From Candidatus Bathyarchaeia archaeon (GTDB lineage: Archaea; Thermoproteota; Bathyarchaeia; Bathyarchaeales; Bathycorpusculaceae), in contig JBBFKZ010000001.1 in assembly GCA_037481775.1 (NCBI GenBank), forward strand, positions 1 through 64,000: a DNA stretch of 64,000 nt, read 5' to 3'. Position numbers and translations under genes: made by a program. Numbering within the stretch: position 1 is the first letter of the stretch; each line of letters starts with the position of its first letter. Positions 46,158 through 55,882 of the stretch are shown piece after piece. Under the pieces are notes generated by a model. It made no database searches. It was not told where the DNA came from and saw only the letters and a program-made list of their open reading frames with translations.

Positions 46158-47592
46158 ATCTCATTGCCTCCGCAGGTCTTGTTCTCGCTGCACGCCACGC
46201 GGGATATAAACTACCTAATGCGCCTAGAAGCACTGATGCGCCGAGTGCCATCATCACCAGTTCAGGAGTCAATGTTATCGACACTGTTCCAGTTGGCGCT
46301 GTTGCTGAGGTAACACCGCGACCGAGATTAACTTGTTGTGTTACGGTGGGAAGCAATAGTCCGGAGAGCGTCGGTGCAGCATAACTGGCTATTGCAATTC
46401 CAGCTATGCTCGCTGCCAGACTTAATAGTATACCTTCAAGCATGAACTGTTTCATCACGGTCCAGTTACTGAAGCCTATAGCCTTAAGCGTGCCAATCTC
46501 GCGTGTTCTTTCACGCACAGTGTACAGCATCAGGAACAGAACTATCAAGCTTGCCGCTGCGACTGCCACAATTGTGACTTGAATTGCAGTGCTTTGAGTT
46601 TGCGCAAGAGTTGATTCAGCATTAGCTAAAGCTGTCTCGTAATTTGCTCGCACAGCCTCAAGCTGCTGTAGGCGCTGTTGGCCAGTGACCACAGTGAGCT
46701 CTGGGTGTAATTCGCTTATAGCACTCGCAACCTCATTTACAATGTCGCTGGATTCAGCGAACACCGTTAACCCTGTTATGTACCCAACATTATTGGTCAA
46801 TGATTGCGCGTCAGACAAGTTCATGTATAATGTCAACTGGTCTTCAACGCCAGTGGACCCATGAATGCCTACAACCAGAAAAGTTTGCCCCAGAATTTCA
46901 ATTGTATCGCCAACTCCAGCACCGAAAAACGCCGAGTTGTTAGCGCTTATGAGAACGACACCGCTGTCTCCTGCCTGCAGATTTCGCCCAGCAGTGATAT
47001 TCGTTGGCAAAATTGGACAGTTCTCGATGATTGGAGAGGTTAAGGGAACACCTTCAATCACATAATCCACAATAAGTCGCGTGAAACTTCGCCCGAACCT
47101 CTCTATAGTTTGGTTGGTTCCTTGCGACACCGTTAACGTCGGCACAACCGCAGCAACACCATCAATTGAGCTAACGTCATAATAGAGACTTTCATTCATT
47201 GGAGTATTTCCTCGGCTACCGAATTGGCCGCCACCAAATTGGCCAGGGATGTTGCCTCCGCCAAACGGGCCAGATGAAGTAAAGTTACCACCGCTAGGAG
47301 GCTGAGGCATAGTGCCTAAACCGCCAGAGCCTAGTGATGCAAACCCAAACCCTTCAAAACTTGAGGCCAACGTACATTCTATTTGGGTCAATGTCTGGTT
47401 AATTGTTGCTTCCGTCTGCGTGATAATGTTTCCGAGATTCTGAGTTAAGAGCATTGTAGATTCCTGATTCGCGGTTACACCCGCGGGAATGGAAACCATA
47501 ATTGCCATGCAAAAACCCAAGGCAATAATCACTAACAAAGCGCGGATTTTGCGCCGTGAGATGTTTCGAATAGCTCTTGATAGGACACCCAA
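46150..47592 (-). CDS. ABC permease, MacB/FtsX family
   Basis: TM1, large extracellular domain with a Gly-rich insert, VRERTREIGTLKAIG and YPAWRAA...EAMRYE. Confidence 0.94.
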   Translation of the reverse strand: MGVLSRAIRNISRRKIRALLVIIALGFCMAIMVSIPAGVTANQESTMLLTQNLGNIITQTEATINQTLTQIECTLASSFEGFGFASLGSGGLGTMPQPPSGGNFTSSGPFGGGNIPGQFGGGQFGSRGNTPMNESLYYDVSSIDGVAAVVPTLTVSQGTNQTIERFGRSFTRLIVDYVIEGVPLTSPIIENCPILPTNITAGRNLQAGDSGVVLISANNSAFFGAGVGDTIEILGQTFLVVGIHGSTGVEDQLTLYMNLSDAQSLTNNVGYITGLTVFAESSDIVNEVASAISELHPELTVVTGQQRLQQLEAVRANYETALANAESTLAQTQSTAIQVTIVAVAAASLIVLFLMLYTVRERTREIGTLKAIGFSNWTVMKQFMLEGILLSLAASIAGIAIASYAAPTLSGLLLPTVTQQVNLGRGVTSATAPTGTVSITLTPELVMMALGASVLLGALGSLYPAWRAARTRPAEAMRYE

Positions 47593-47770
47593 CTATTTCA
47601 CCCGCCAAGCTATTTCAGAAAAAAGGCAACCAAAAAGAGGGATGTTAAAAAACGGTAAGTGGAGTGCTGCTTTGCTTGATGGCACAGGCTTTGCCCGCAA
47701 TTCCAGATTTACTTGTGTCAGTTAATCATTCCCCCTTTTCGGTTGCCGAAAGTTGTTGTAAAAATAGAGC

Positions 47771-47880
47771 ATTAAACTGTTTTTCAGAATCATTTCCTAA
47801 TCTCTACAGAATTTTACAATTTTCAATAATAATATAGCATGGAAATAAATTCTGAGACAAATTTGGAAAAATCATTAAAT
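47771..47880. promoter_or_regulatory. Divergent promoters, each preceded by phased ATTYKG-type repeats
   Basis: Minus: ATTCTG/ATTAGG/ATTCTG at 11-bp spacing then TTTAAT; plus: ATTCTG/ATTTGG at 12-bp spacing then ATTAAAT. Confidence 0.55.
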
Positions 47881-48001
47881 AACTATTCGCAGCATTTTTA
47901 ATGCTGTAAAGGCAGCAGATAAGGCTGCAAAAAAGCAACAAGCAAATTCCCTATTGTTCATTTGCTTGTTGATAAACACAATATTTAGGCTGGTAGCTAC
48001 C

Positions 48002-49042
48002 TTGGAGCTTCCAAAAGAACAGAAAAGAACAATTTCGCTCCTTCTCGTAGTAGTGATTGCAGCGGCAAGTCTCGCTACAGGCGGATTTATAGGCTATTGG
48101 GCAGGCAATACAGCTACCGCGAACAGAATTGATACGCTACAGAAGCAGTTAGCAGCAATTCAGGAACAGATTGATAATCTTCAAGCAAAATCAGAAACAG
48201 CCAGTCAGAATCAGAGTAGTATTTTGGAAACAATTAACGTACTTCAAAGCCAACTTTCGGAGATTAACAACCAAATCAGCAATCTTCAAGCAATTAACGT
48301 GACCAGCCAAGACATCGATGAAATTATGGAAGAAATCAGTAACCTCAGAAGCCAGCTGGTGGCCTTAAAATCACAAATTAACGATTTTGAGTCAACGACG
48401 AATATAATTTACATGTTAGGAGAAAATGTTTCACTTTCCCAACTCTTTGAGCAGGTGCGGGAGTCAGTTGTTGTGGTTAAAGGATTAAGACGCACCATTT
48501 TATGGTATGGCATTGTTTATTCACAGGTGCAGGGTTCAGGTTTTGTCTATAACTATTCGGGGCAACTGGTTATCTTGACAAATAATCACGTAATTGAAAA
48601 TGCAATAAATATAACGGTAACACTTACCAATGGCAAAATGTACTCAGCCACGGTTAAAGGTTCTAACCCAAACACAGATGTTGCAGTACTTACCTTGAGC
48701 GCGCCGCAAAGCGAGTTGAAACCTCTGGTTATGGTTAGTTCATCAACTCTAAAAGTAGGAGATCCCGTGATAGTGGTTGGTACACCATATGGCCTAGAAG
48801 GTTCGATGAGCAATGGCATAGTAAGCGCCTTGAACCGCACCATAACCACAGAGTCCTCTACTTTGACCAATATTATACAAACGACGGCGCCGTTAAATCC
48901 TGGTAATTCAGGCGGGCCGCTTCTAAACTATCAAGGCCAAGTAGTCGGCATGGCTACAGCCATAGTTGAAGATTCGCAGGGTATAGGGTTTGCAATACCT
49001 TCGGACACAATCTTGCAAGATGTTAGGAGAATTATGAGCTAA
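48002..49042 (+). CDS. HtrA-like serine protease, long coiled coil, no PDZ domain
   Basis: TM, ~90-aa heptad region, TNNHV, DVAVL, LNPGNSGGPL; ends right after the protease domain; start (TTG 48002) uncertain. Confidence 0.92.
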   Translation: MELPKEQKRTISLLLVVVIAAASLATGGFIGYWAGNTATANRIDTLQKQLAAIQEQIDNLQAKSETASQNQSSILETINVLQSQLSEINNQISNLQAINVTSQDIDEIMEEISNLRSQLVALKSQINDFESTTNIIYMLGENVSLSQLFEQVRESVVVVKGLRRTILWYGIVYSQVQGSGFVYNYSGQLVILTNNHVIENAINITVTLTNGKMYSATVKGSNPNTDVAVLTLSAPQSELKPLVMVSSSTLKVGDPVIVVGTPYGLEGSMSNGIVSALNRTITTESSTLTNIIQTTAPLNPGNSGGPLLNYQGQVVGMATAIVEDSQGIGFAIPSDTILQDVRRIMS

Positions 49043-49208
49043 ACTAAGCAGCCGCTTATTCGCGTTCAGGCAAAAAGGCTGCTGAAATAAAAAAAGTGCA
49101 ATAAGCGTTCTCGAGTTCAACCGTGTGCACTTTAAGGTGGCTATAAACTATATTTACTGCTTGCTACATTCATTTTGACCAAAAATCGCGCTAAAGGGAA
49201 GAGGTTCA

Positions 49209-49523
49209 GTGTCTGCTAGTACACGCGGCTTAAAATATGTGTTGGGTTGGCTTATAGCAGGCACTCGCGGCGGTGTAACTCGCGCCAAGATAATTGAGGC
49301 GCTACGGCAAGCTCCGCAGAATGCAAATCAATTAGCCTCTTTGCTAGAGCTGGATTATCGAACGATAAGGCATCACTTGAATGTTCTTCAGAAGAATAGG
49401 CTTATCACAACTGCCGGAGAAGGATATGGCACAACCTATTTTCTTTCCACGCTCTTAGAGGAAAATTACGATTTGTTTGAGGAGATAGTGAATAAAATTT
49501 GGAAAAAGGAAAAAAGGAAGTAA
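49209..49523 (+). CDS. Winged-helix (ArsR-like) transcriptional regulator
   Basis: WLIAGTRGG..R..I, NANQLA...LDYRTIRHHL and GEGYGTTYFLS. Confidence 0.9.
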   Translation: MSASTRGLKYVLGWLIAGTRGGVTRAKIIEALRQAPQNANQLASLLELDYRTIRHHLNVLQKNRLITTAGEGYGTTYFLSTLLEENYDLFEEIVNKIWKKEKRK

Positions 49524-49528
49524 TGTAG

Positions 49529-49987
49529 ATGAAAACGTGTATGAATGATAAAATAAAATTTGGTTTAACGATTGTTCTGATAGCAATGGTGGGACTCCTT
49601 GCAGCAGCATGGGCTATCGCGGTTGAAAAAGCAGCACCTTTACTGGAACCCAGACCGTTCCCACCACCTTATCTGGGCAGTACTAGTTTTAGAGGCGACT
49701 TGGAGGTCTTTTACATAGCCAAAACAGTCATTTCTTCCATGAACTTGACGATGGTAACCATCTTGCTGGGAACCTATATTAGTCTATATAGAAAAACCAA
49801 ATCAGAATTTGTCATTGGACTAATAGTGTTCACATTGGTTTTGCTGTTCTACACTGTTGTTTCTAACCCAATTGTCATATACCTCGCGGGTTTCCGCGCT
49901 TTTGGCTTAGGACCGTTTGCAATGCTACCTGACTTGTTCACGCTAATAGCGTTAGGAATATTGCTCTACCTAACTTTGAAATACTAA
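49529..49987 (+). CDS. Four-TM membrane protein coupled to the wHTH gene
   Basis: Four hydrophobic segments; YRKTKSEF loop; 5 bp after the regulator stop. Confidence 0.8.
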   Translation: MKTCMNDKIKFGLTIVLIAMVGLLAAAWAIAVEKAAPLLEPRPFPPPYLGSTSFRGDLEVFYIAKTVISSMNLTMVTILLGTYISLYRKTKSEFVIGLIVFTLVLLFYTVVSNPIVIYLAGFRAFGLGPFAMLPDLFTLIALGILLYLTLKY

Positions 49988-50107
49988 AAGCGGCTGATAC
50001 CACGTGAAAAAGTCAATCTAAATTTAAACGTGACCGCAAAGCTAGCGGGAAATGAAACAATTTTAAATGCGAAAAGGCATAAAAAAATAAACAGCGAGGA
50101 AACTGCA

Positions 50108-50317
50108 ATGAGTGAAAATAACGTTTTGGTTTCAATAACTGCAAGCAGAGAAAAAGACGAAATCGTTTACCGCGTAGAATGCGCCAGCAATCTAACAGAA
50201 GAGGAATTCGAGTATTACCTAAGCGAAATAATCAAGGGCTTATGCAAGTGGAAAAAGACCGTTTGCGAAGACAGCATCAGAAACTTCAGCGGAAAAATTA
50301 AGGCAAAGAAAAAATAA
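50108..50317 (+). CDS. Small hypothetical protein
   Basis: GAGGA SD before ATG 50108; no family recognised. Confidence 0.5.
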   Translation: MSENNVLVSITASREKDEIVYRVECASNLTEEEFEYYLSEIIKGLCKWKKTVCEDSIRNFSGKIKAKKK

Positions 50318-50438
50318 GAACGCTTGGCAGTTGAATATAGATGAGGGCAACGGATATCGCCCTAACGCAGATAATGGAGCATACTGAAAGCACGTAAGAA
50401 TCTACGATAGAGCTTGATTAACGGAGCAAAATAAAAAA

Positions 50439-51677
50439 ATGAAGCAACCCGCTATTTCATCGTTGATTCTAATATTGTTAATTGTAGCGGCGTTGTTCTT
50501 TGTTTCATACTCCATGTCAAGTAACAACAAAAAGGAGCCAGAGGGCTTCTATTTGGGAGTTGCCTTCTGTGGCAATACCACAGCGGAAGCTAAACTGTTA
50601 ATAGATAAGGTAAAGGGATACACGAATCTTTTTGTTCTGCAATCCTGGCCCATAAGCAACAACGAAACCGCTGCAACAGAAATCTGCGATTACGCTGTGG
50701 CTTCGGGGCTCAATATTATTGTTAATTTCGGCATAAATTGGAGCTACAGCAGAGTTTGGACATGGCAGTTTCCTTGGCTTGAAGCAGCCAAACAACGATA
50801 CGGCACCCGATTCCTAGGGGCATATTACGATGACGAACCAGCTGGAAACCAGCTTGACTACAACTGGTTTAACTTCTTCCTCAAATATTCAAGCTATTTC
50901 AAAGAAAACCCGCATAAAAGTCTTCTTCACGAGATTTTTGCGGATTTGGAAGATAAAATGGCGAATGTCACCATGCATGAACCAAAGGACTATGACACTG
51001 AAGCAGCATGGTTTCAAATGCTTTTTGAGAACAATAATGGTCTCCAATCTTTAAGGAAGGCGGGAATTAGAACGTTTACCTCAGACTATGTTCTTTACTG
51101 GTTTGACTACTTAGGAGGGTATGACGTTATGCTTGCCCAGTTCGGCTGGAACAACAGCTACATCCAAGACATAGCGCTTGTTAGAGGCGCCGCGCGAATG
51201 CAGGACAAATCATGGGGCGCAATAATCACATGGAAATATACTGAGCCTCCCTACTTGGACAGCGGTGAAGAAATCTACCGCCAAATGCATGCAGCCTACG
51301 AAGCAGGCGCCGAGTACGTGGTAATATTTAATTATCCGCAGATTGAAGAGAACCCATATGGCGCACTTAAAAGTGAACATTTTGAAGCACTGCAGAAACT
51401 ATGGGATGAAGCAACACAGAAGCCCAGAAATGCAGATGCCGGACAAGCAGAGGCGGTGCTTGTTTTGCCAAGGAACTACGGGTGGGGAATGCGGCATCCT
51501 GAAGATTGGATCTGGGGTTTCTGGGGGCCAGACGCGAAATCTCAGCTGATATGGGAAGTCTCTCGCAAACTCATTTCACAGTATGGCACACGCTTAGACA
51601 TAGTCTATGATGACCCTGAATTTCCTGTAGAAGGGAAATATCCGCTAATTTACTATTGGAACCAAACAGTACAATGA
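50439..51677 (+). CDS. Exported/membrane-anchored hypothetical protein (intact paralog of 3770-4345)
   Basis: N-terminal hydrophobic segment; GAYYDDEP, FTSDYVLYWFDY, WGAIITW and NYGWGMR motifs. Confidence 0.85.
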   Translation: MKQPAISSLILILLIVAALFFVSYSMSSNNKKEPEGFYLGVAFCGNTTAEAKLLIDKVKGYTNLFVLQSWPISNNETAATEICDYAVASGLNIIVNFGINWSYSRVWTWQFPWLEAAKQRYGTRFLGAYYDDEPAGNQLDYNWFNFFLKYSSYFKENPHKSLLHEIFADLEDKMANVTMHEPKDYDTEAAWFQMLFENNNGLQSLRKAGIRTFTSDYVLYWFDYLGGYDVMLAQFGWNNSYIQDIALVRGAARMQDKSWGAIITWKYTEPPYLDSGEEIYRQMHAAYEAGAEYVVIFNYPQIEENPYGALKSEHFEALQKLWDEATQKPRNADAGQAEAVLVLPRNYGWGMRHPEDWIWGFWGPDAKSQLIWEVSRKLISQYGTRLDIVYDDPEFPVEGKYPLIYYWNQTVQ

Positions 51678-51765
51678 AGGCGACTGGGGTTTAATGCTGC
51701 TTTCAGTGTTTTCTACAGGAGCGCCTTCTAATAAAGCTTATAAAATACAGTGTGGCAGAGGCGGG

Positions 51766-52836
51766 TTATTCTTTGCTCAGTAGGTAGGGTCCATTTGTGA
51801 GCTTCTGCACGCCGTCTTCGCGCAGTAGCACTGTGTCTTCTATGCGGATTCCGCCGTAGCCCACAAGGTATATGCCGGGCTCAACCGTGAAAACATTGCC
51901 AGTAACCAGCACTTCTTTGCTGTAAGGACCCAAAATAGGCGGCTCGTGCACTTCCAAGCCTACACCGTGGCCAAGGTTATGCACGAACTGCTCGCTGTAG
52001 CCGGCATCTGCAATTATTTTCCTCGCAGCGGCATCTACAGCCTTAGCTTTAACGTTAGGCTTTACAGCCTCAAGCGCTGCATCCTGCGCCTTTTTCACGA
52101 CATCGTGAAGCTTCTTCTGCCTGTCCGAGGGGCCCCCAGCCACTAAGGTTCGCGTCATATCAGAGTGATAATATTTGTAAGTGGCGCCCACATCCACAAC
52201 CACTAAATCGCCCTTGCGGATTTTCCTATCAGAGCATCCACCATGAGGGAAAGCGGAATAAGGGCCAGAAGCAACTATCGTCTCAAACGCTGTGCCATAA
52301 GAGCCCTTCTTTCGCATTGCGTACTCGATTTCAGCTGCTACTTCATACTCTTTCATGCCAGGCGCTACTGTCTCGTAAGCCACGCGCATGCCTTCGCTTG
52401 TCAGCTCTGCAGCTTTGCACATAAGCTCGATTTCTTGCGCGTTTTTAACTTTGCGAAGCTCAGAGACAAGGTTGCCTTGAATTTTAAGCTTTGTTGAGCC
52501 TCGAACTTTTCTGGCAAGTACACGCCAACTCTCTATGCTTGAGGCGTCTACAGCAAGGTTTTGAATCTTGAGCTCCTTTACTTGTTTAGCAATTCTCTCC
52601 AACAAGCTGCCACTGCGTTTCACGGGTTCGACTTTGAAGGTTTTTCCTTCAGCTTTCGCCTGCTCATAGTTAACATTATAGACGTATAGGGTAGGTGTTC
52701 CTTCCCTGGGAATTAGCAGTGCACTTGCGCCGGAGAAACCTGTGAAGTAAATCAGGTTGGCGTGATTAAAAATTAGGAAACCGTCAAATCCGCCCTCTTT
52801 AAAGGCTGCTTGTTTTAGAGAAGCAATTCTGTCCAA
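51766..52836 (-). CDS. Xaa-Pro aminopeptidase/dipeptidase (M24B)
   Basis: PHG, VVVDVG, SDMTRT, HNLGHGVGLEVHE, TVEPGIY and RIEDTV. Confidence 0.95.
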   Translation of the reverse strand: MDRIASLKQAAFKEGGFDGFLIFNHANLIYFTGFSGASALLIPREGTPTLYVYNVNYEQAKAEGKTFKVEPVKRSGSLLERIAKQVKELKIQNLAVDASSIESWRVLARKVRGSTKLKIQGNLVSELRKVKNAQEIELMCKAAELTSEGMRVAYETVAPGMKEYEVAAEIEYAMRKKGSYGTAFETIVASGPYSAFPHGGCSDRKIRKGDLVVVDVGATYKYYHSDMTRTLVAGGPSDRQKKLHDVVKKAQDAALEAVKPNVKAKAVDAAARKIIADAGYSEQFVHNLGHGVGLEVHEPPILGPYSKEVLVTGNVFTVEPGIYLVGYGGIRIEDTVLLREDGVQKLTNGPYLLSKE

Positions 52837-52884
52837 AGCATTCGCCTTGAAAGAATATTTGGCTAATAGGTTTAATGTTTTTGC

Positions 52885-53175
52885 TTAGCCGCCAGTGACT
52901 ACGGGCATTAAAACGACGCGGTCTCCGTCTTTAAGTTTAGTTTCTATGCCATCAAGCTGGTTAAGCAGTAAGCCGTTGACGGATAGAATGTGGTGAGATT
53001 TTAAGTCAAGGCCTTTAGGTTCATAAACAGCTTTCTGGAAGGGTTCGCCATACTTTTCAGCAAGCAGAGTAAGCAGATCACGTACTGAGGCGCCGTCTTT
53101 AAGTTCAACTTGGTCGGCCTGTTTCAGACCTAATATTTGTTTGATGCTGCCTAAATAGTCAACTGTAACTTTCAC
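52885..53175 (-). CDS. MoaD/SAMP ubiquitin-like sulfur carrier
   Basis: 96 aa ending LKDGDRVVLMPVVTGG; divergent from aor. Confidence 0.92.
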   Translation of the reverse strand: MKVTVDYLGSIKQILGLKQADQVELKDGASVRDLLTLLAEKYGEPFQKAVYEPKGLDLKSHHILSVNGLLLNQLDGIETKLKDGDRVVLMPVVTGG

Positions 53176-53401
53176 GGGTAACCCCTCCGAACAAGCAAGT
53201 ATTACAAGTGCTGAAAATGTTATATAATCGTTTCTTAATCAGAACAAGCTACGCAACATGCATTTAGCCTGAAAGCTGTTTATGCTGAAATCCCCATGTT
53301 TGATGAGATTATAACATCTATTTTCAGCAAGGTAAGCCATTAGATTAATATACTTTCTATTGACGCATATACGCCTATAAAACTATGGAGAAAGAATTAA
53401 A

Positions 53402-55264
53402 ATGTTCGCTTACGCAGGAAAAATTTTGCGTGTTGATCTAACTACTGGTAAAGTTTCTACCGAACCCTTAAGCGAAGAACTGGCGAAGAACTACATTGGC
53501 GGCATAGGACTCGGCATCCGCTTATTAATGGATAACTCAAAGCCGGGCACCGATCCGTTCAGCCCAGACAACCCGCTCATTTACCTCACTGGCCCCCTCA
53601 GTGGCACAATGGGACCCACTGCCGGAAACGGCTACGCAGTCGTTTCAAAATCACCTGCAACTGGCGGTGTAGGCGAGGCCAAAGCGCATGGCTTTTTCGG
53701 TGCTGAACTCAAACGGGCAGGCTATGACGCAGTCATCATCACCGGTAAGGCGGATAAGTTATCCTACTTGTGGATTGACGATGACAAAGTCGAATTGAGG
53801 AACGCGGAGCACTTGAGAGGAAAGTCGCCATACCAAACAGACGTAGCAATCAAAGAAGAGCTCGGCGATTATTACATTCGAGTCTCAGCAATCGGTGAAG
53901 CCGGTGAGAAACTAAGTCGCATCGCTTGCATAATAAACGATGAATTCCGCGCCATTGGAAGGACAGGTTTGGGCGCTGTTATGGGCTCAAAGAACCTGAA
54001 GGCGGTAGCAGTAAGAGGGACACATGATGTCAACGTAGCCAACTTGGAGGGCTTCAAAGAATTCGTTAAGATGATACATGAACGCATGAAGGGTCCAGCA
54101 ACAAAGAAGTATAAGACGCTTGGAACCCCGGAGAATGTGCTAGTTTTGAATTCGCTCTCTGCTTTGGCGACGAGAAACTTTACTAACGCCCAGTTTGAAG
54201 GCGCTGAAAAAGTAAGCGGTGAATACTTGAATGAGCATTACGTTAAGAAGATTGTGGGCTGCGCAACCTGTGGCATGCGCTGCGATCACATCGCTGCAGT
54301 ATCAGAAGGCCCATATAAAGGCGCAATTTCAAGATTAGAGTTTGAATGTTTATGGTCTATGGGCCCGTTATGCGGCATCGACCGACTTGACGCGATAATA
54401 GAGGCGATGCGCATTGTGAATGAATACGGTATGGACGGCATATCAATCGGTGTAGTCGTTGCCTTTGCCATGGATTGCTACGAGCACGGCGTATTAACAA
54501 AGGAGCAAACAGAAGGAATAGATCTTCGTTTCGGAAACGCTGAAGCACTAATTGCAATTATTCATAAAATAGGTAAACGCGAAGGATGGCTTGGAAATGC
54601 ACTTGCCGAAGGTGTAGCCAGAGCCGCTGAAATAATCGGTGGAGACGCCTATAAATACGCTAATCACATCAAAGGCTTGGAGTTACCAGGCTACGATTTG
54701 CGGACATTGAAGACGGCGGCGCTTGGTTTCAGTGTTTCGTTCCGCGGTGCTTGCCATCTTAGAAACGGAGCCTACGCGCCTGACGTTAAGGGAAAAGTGA
54801 ACCGCTTCAAGATTGAGAAAGGAAGAGGCAAGATGATTGTGGGCGATGGAAACTTGTATAACATTATTGACTCGCTAATAGTCTGCAAGTTCTCAAGAGG
54901 CACATATTACGATGGCTTGAAGGATTTAGCGAATTATTACACTTTAGCCACAGGAATTCCGATGACTGCTGAAGAGCTTGATAAAGCCGGCGAAAGAATC
55001 GAAAACCTCGCAAGGCTCTTTAACATCCGCGAAGGCAAAGGCACAAGAAAATACGATACGCTACCATGGAAAATAATGAATATCCCCGTGCCCGACGAGG
55101 GACCTGCAAAAGGCGCTGTTGTCAACGAAGAAGAGTTCCAGCTTGGTCTAGACGACTATTACGAAGCACGAGGTTGGACTAAGGATGGCATACCCACCGT
55201 TGAGAAACTCAACGAACTAGGTCTTGGCGAATACGCCTACATAGTGCAAGGAGGCAAAGCCTAA
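53402..55264 (+). CDS. aor: Aldehyde:ferredoxin oxidoreductase family protein (tungstopterin)
   Basis: ILRVDLT, KSPATG, GAVMGSKNLKA, CATC...C, GMDGIS, RGACH and YYEARGW. Confidence 0.95.
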   Translation: MFAYAGKILRVDLTTGKVSTEPLSEELAKNYIGGIGLGIRLLMDNSKPGTDPFSPDNPLIYLTGPLSGTMGPTAGNGYAVVSKSPATGGVGEAKAHGFFGAELKRAGYDAVIITGKADKLSYLWIDDDKVELRNAEHLRGKSPYQTDVAIKEELGDYYIRVSAIGEAGEKLSRIACIINDEFRAIGRTGLGAVMGSKNLKAVAVRGTHDVNVANLEGFKEFVKMIHERMKGPATKKYKTLGTPENVLVLNSLSALATRNFTNAQFEGAEKVSGEYLNEHYVKKIVGCATCGMRCDHIAAVSEGPYKGAISRLEFECLWSMGPLCGIDRLDAIIEAMRIVNEYGMDGISIGVVVAFAMDCYEHGVLTKEQTEGIDLRFGNAEALIAIIHKIGKREGWLGNALAEGVARAAEIIGGDAYKYANHIKGLELPGYDLRTLKTAALGFSVSFRGACHLRNGAYAPDVKGKVNRFKIEKGRGKMIVGDGNLYNIIDSLIVCKFSRGTYYDGLKDLANYYTLATGIPMTAEELDKAGERIENLARLFNIREGKGTRKYDTLPWKIMNIPVPDEGPAKGAVVNEEEFQLGLDDYYEARGWTKDGIPTVEKLNELGLGEYAYIVQGGKA

Positions 55265-55776
55265 TGGTAAGACCGCAAGACAGAAAATTCGTCACCGCAG
55301 ACCCAGAAAAGTGCATAGGCTGCACAGTATGCGAATACGCATGCTCAATGACGAAGGAGAAAACATATAACCCAACAAAGTCAAGGATCCGCGCCCTCCG
55401 CCTTGGTCCACTCGTAAATCTAGCCATTACTTGCAGACACTGCGAAGATCCAGCATGTGTAGCCGCTTGCCCACGTAATGCACTTTCTCAGGAAGAGAAC
55501 ACAGGCATAATCATAGTCGACGCAGAAGCATGCGACGGCTGTGCTTGGTGCATTAGCGCTTGCCAATTCGGCGCCATGATGATGCACCCAGAGAAGAAGG
55601 TCGTGTTTACTTGCGACAGCTGCAAAAATGAGCCAGATGGTCCACAATGTGTGAAATGGTGCCCTGAAGAAGCCTTAACATTTGTCACAAGCGATGTGCT
55701 GGCGCAGAAGGCAAGAATCAGCGCTGTGAAGAACCTCTTCCAAGAAGCCAAAGAGAAAAAAGCAGAAAGCAAATAA
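55264..55776 (+). CDS. 4Fe-4S dicluster electron-transfer subunit of AOR
   Basis: Four Cys clusters (CIGCTVC, CRHCEDPAC, CDGCAWC, CDSC...C). Confidence 0.93.
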   Translation: MVRPQDRKFVTADPEKCIGCTVCEYACSMTKEKTYNPTKSRIRALRLGPLVNLAITCRHCEDPACVAACPRNALSQEENTGIIIVDAEACDGCAWCISACQFGAMMMHPEKKVVFTCDSCKNEPDGPQCVKWCPEEALTFVTSDVLAQKARISAVKNLFQEAKEKKAESK

Positions 55777-55783
55777 ACACAAT

Positions 55784-55817
55784 CGCCAATAGATTTCGGC
55801 TACAGCCGCTATTGGCG
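55784..55817. terminator. Stem-loop between convergent genes
   Basis: CGCCAATAG/CTATTGGCG outer stem, CGGC/GCCG inner stem, T-rich tract downstream. Confidence 0.5.
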
Positions 55818-55882
55818 CATCCATTTATTTTATCCACTTTAACAAAGACGTTTATCTCTTGTTAACCATTTCACGGAGAAAA

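Noticed and set aside
52885-55776. MoaD-AOR-ferredoxin cluster as a novel system
   Set aside because: A common arrangement in anaerobic archaea; nothing unusual seen
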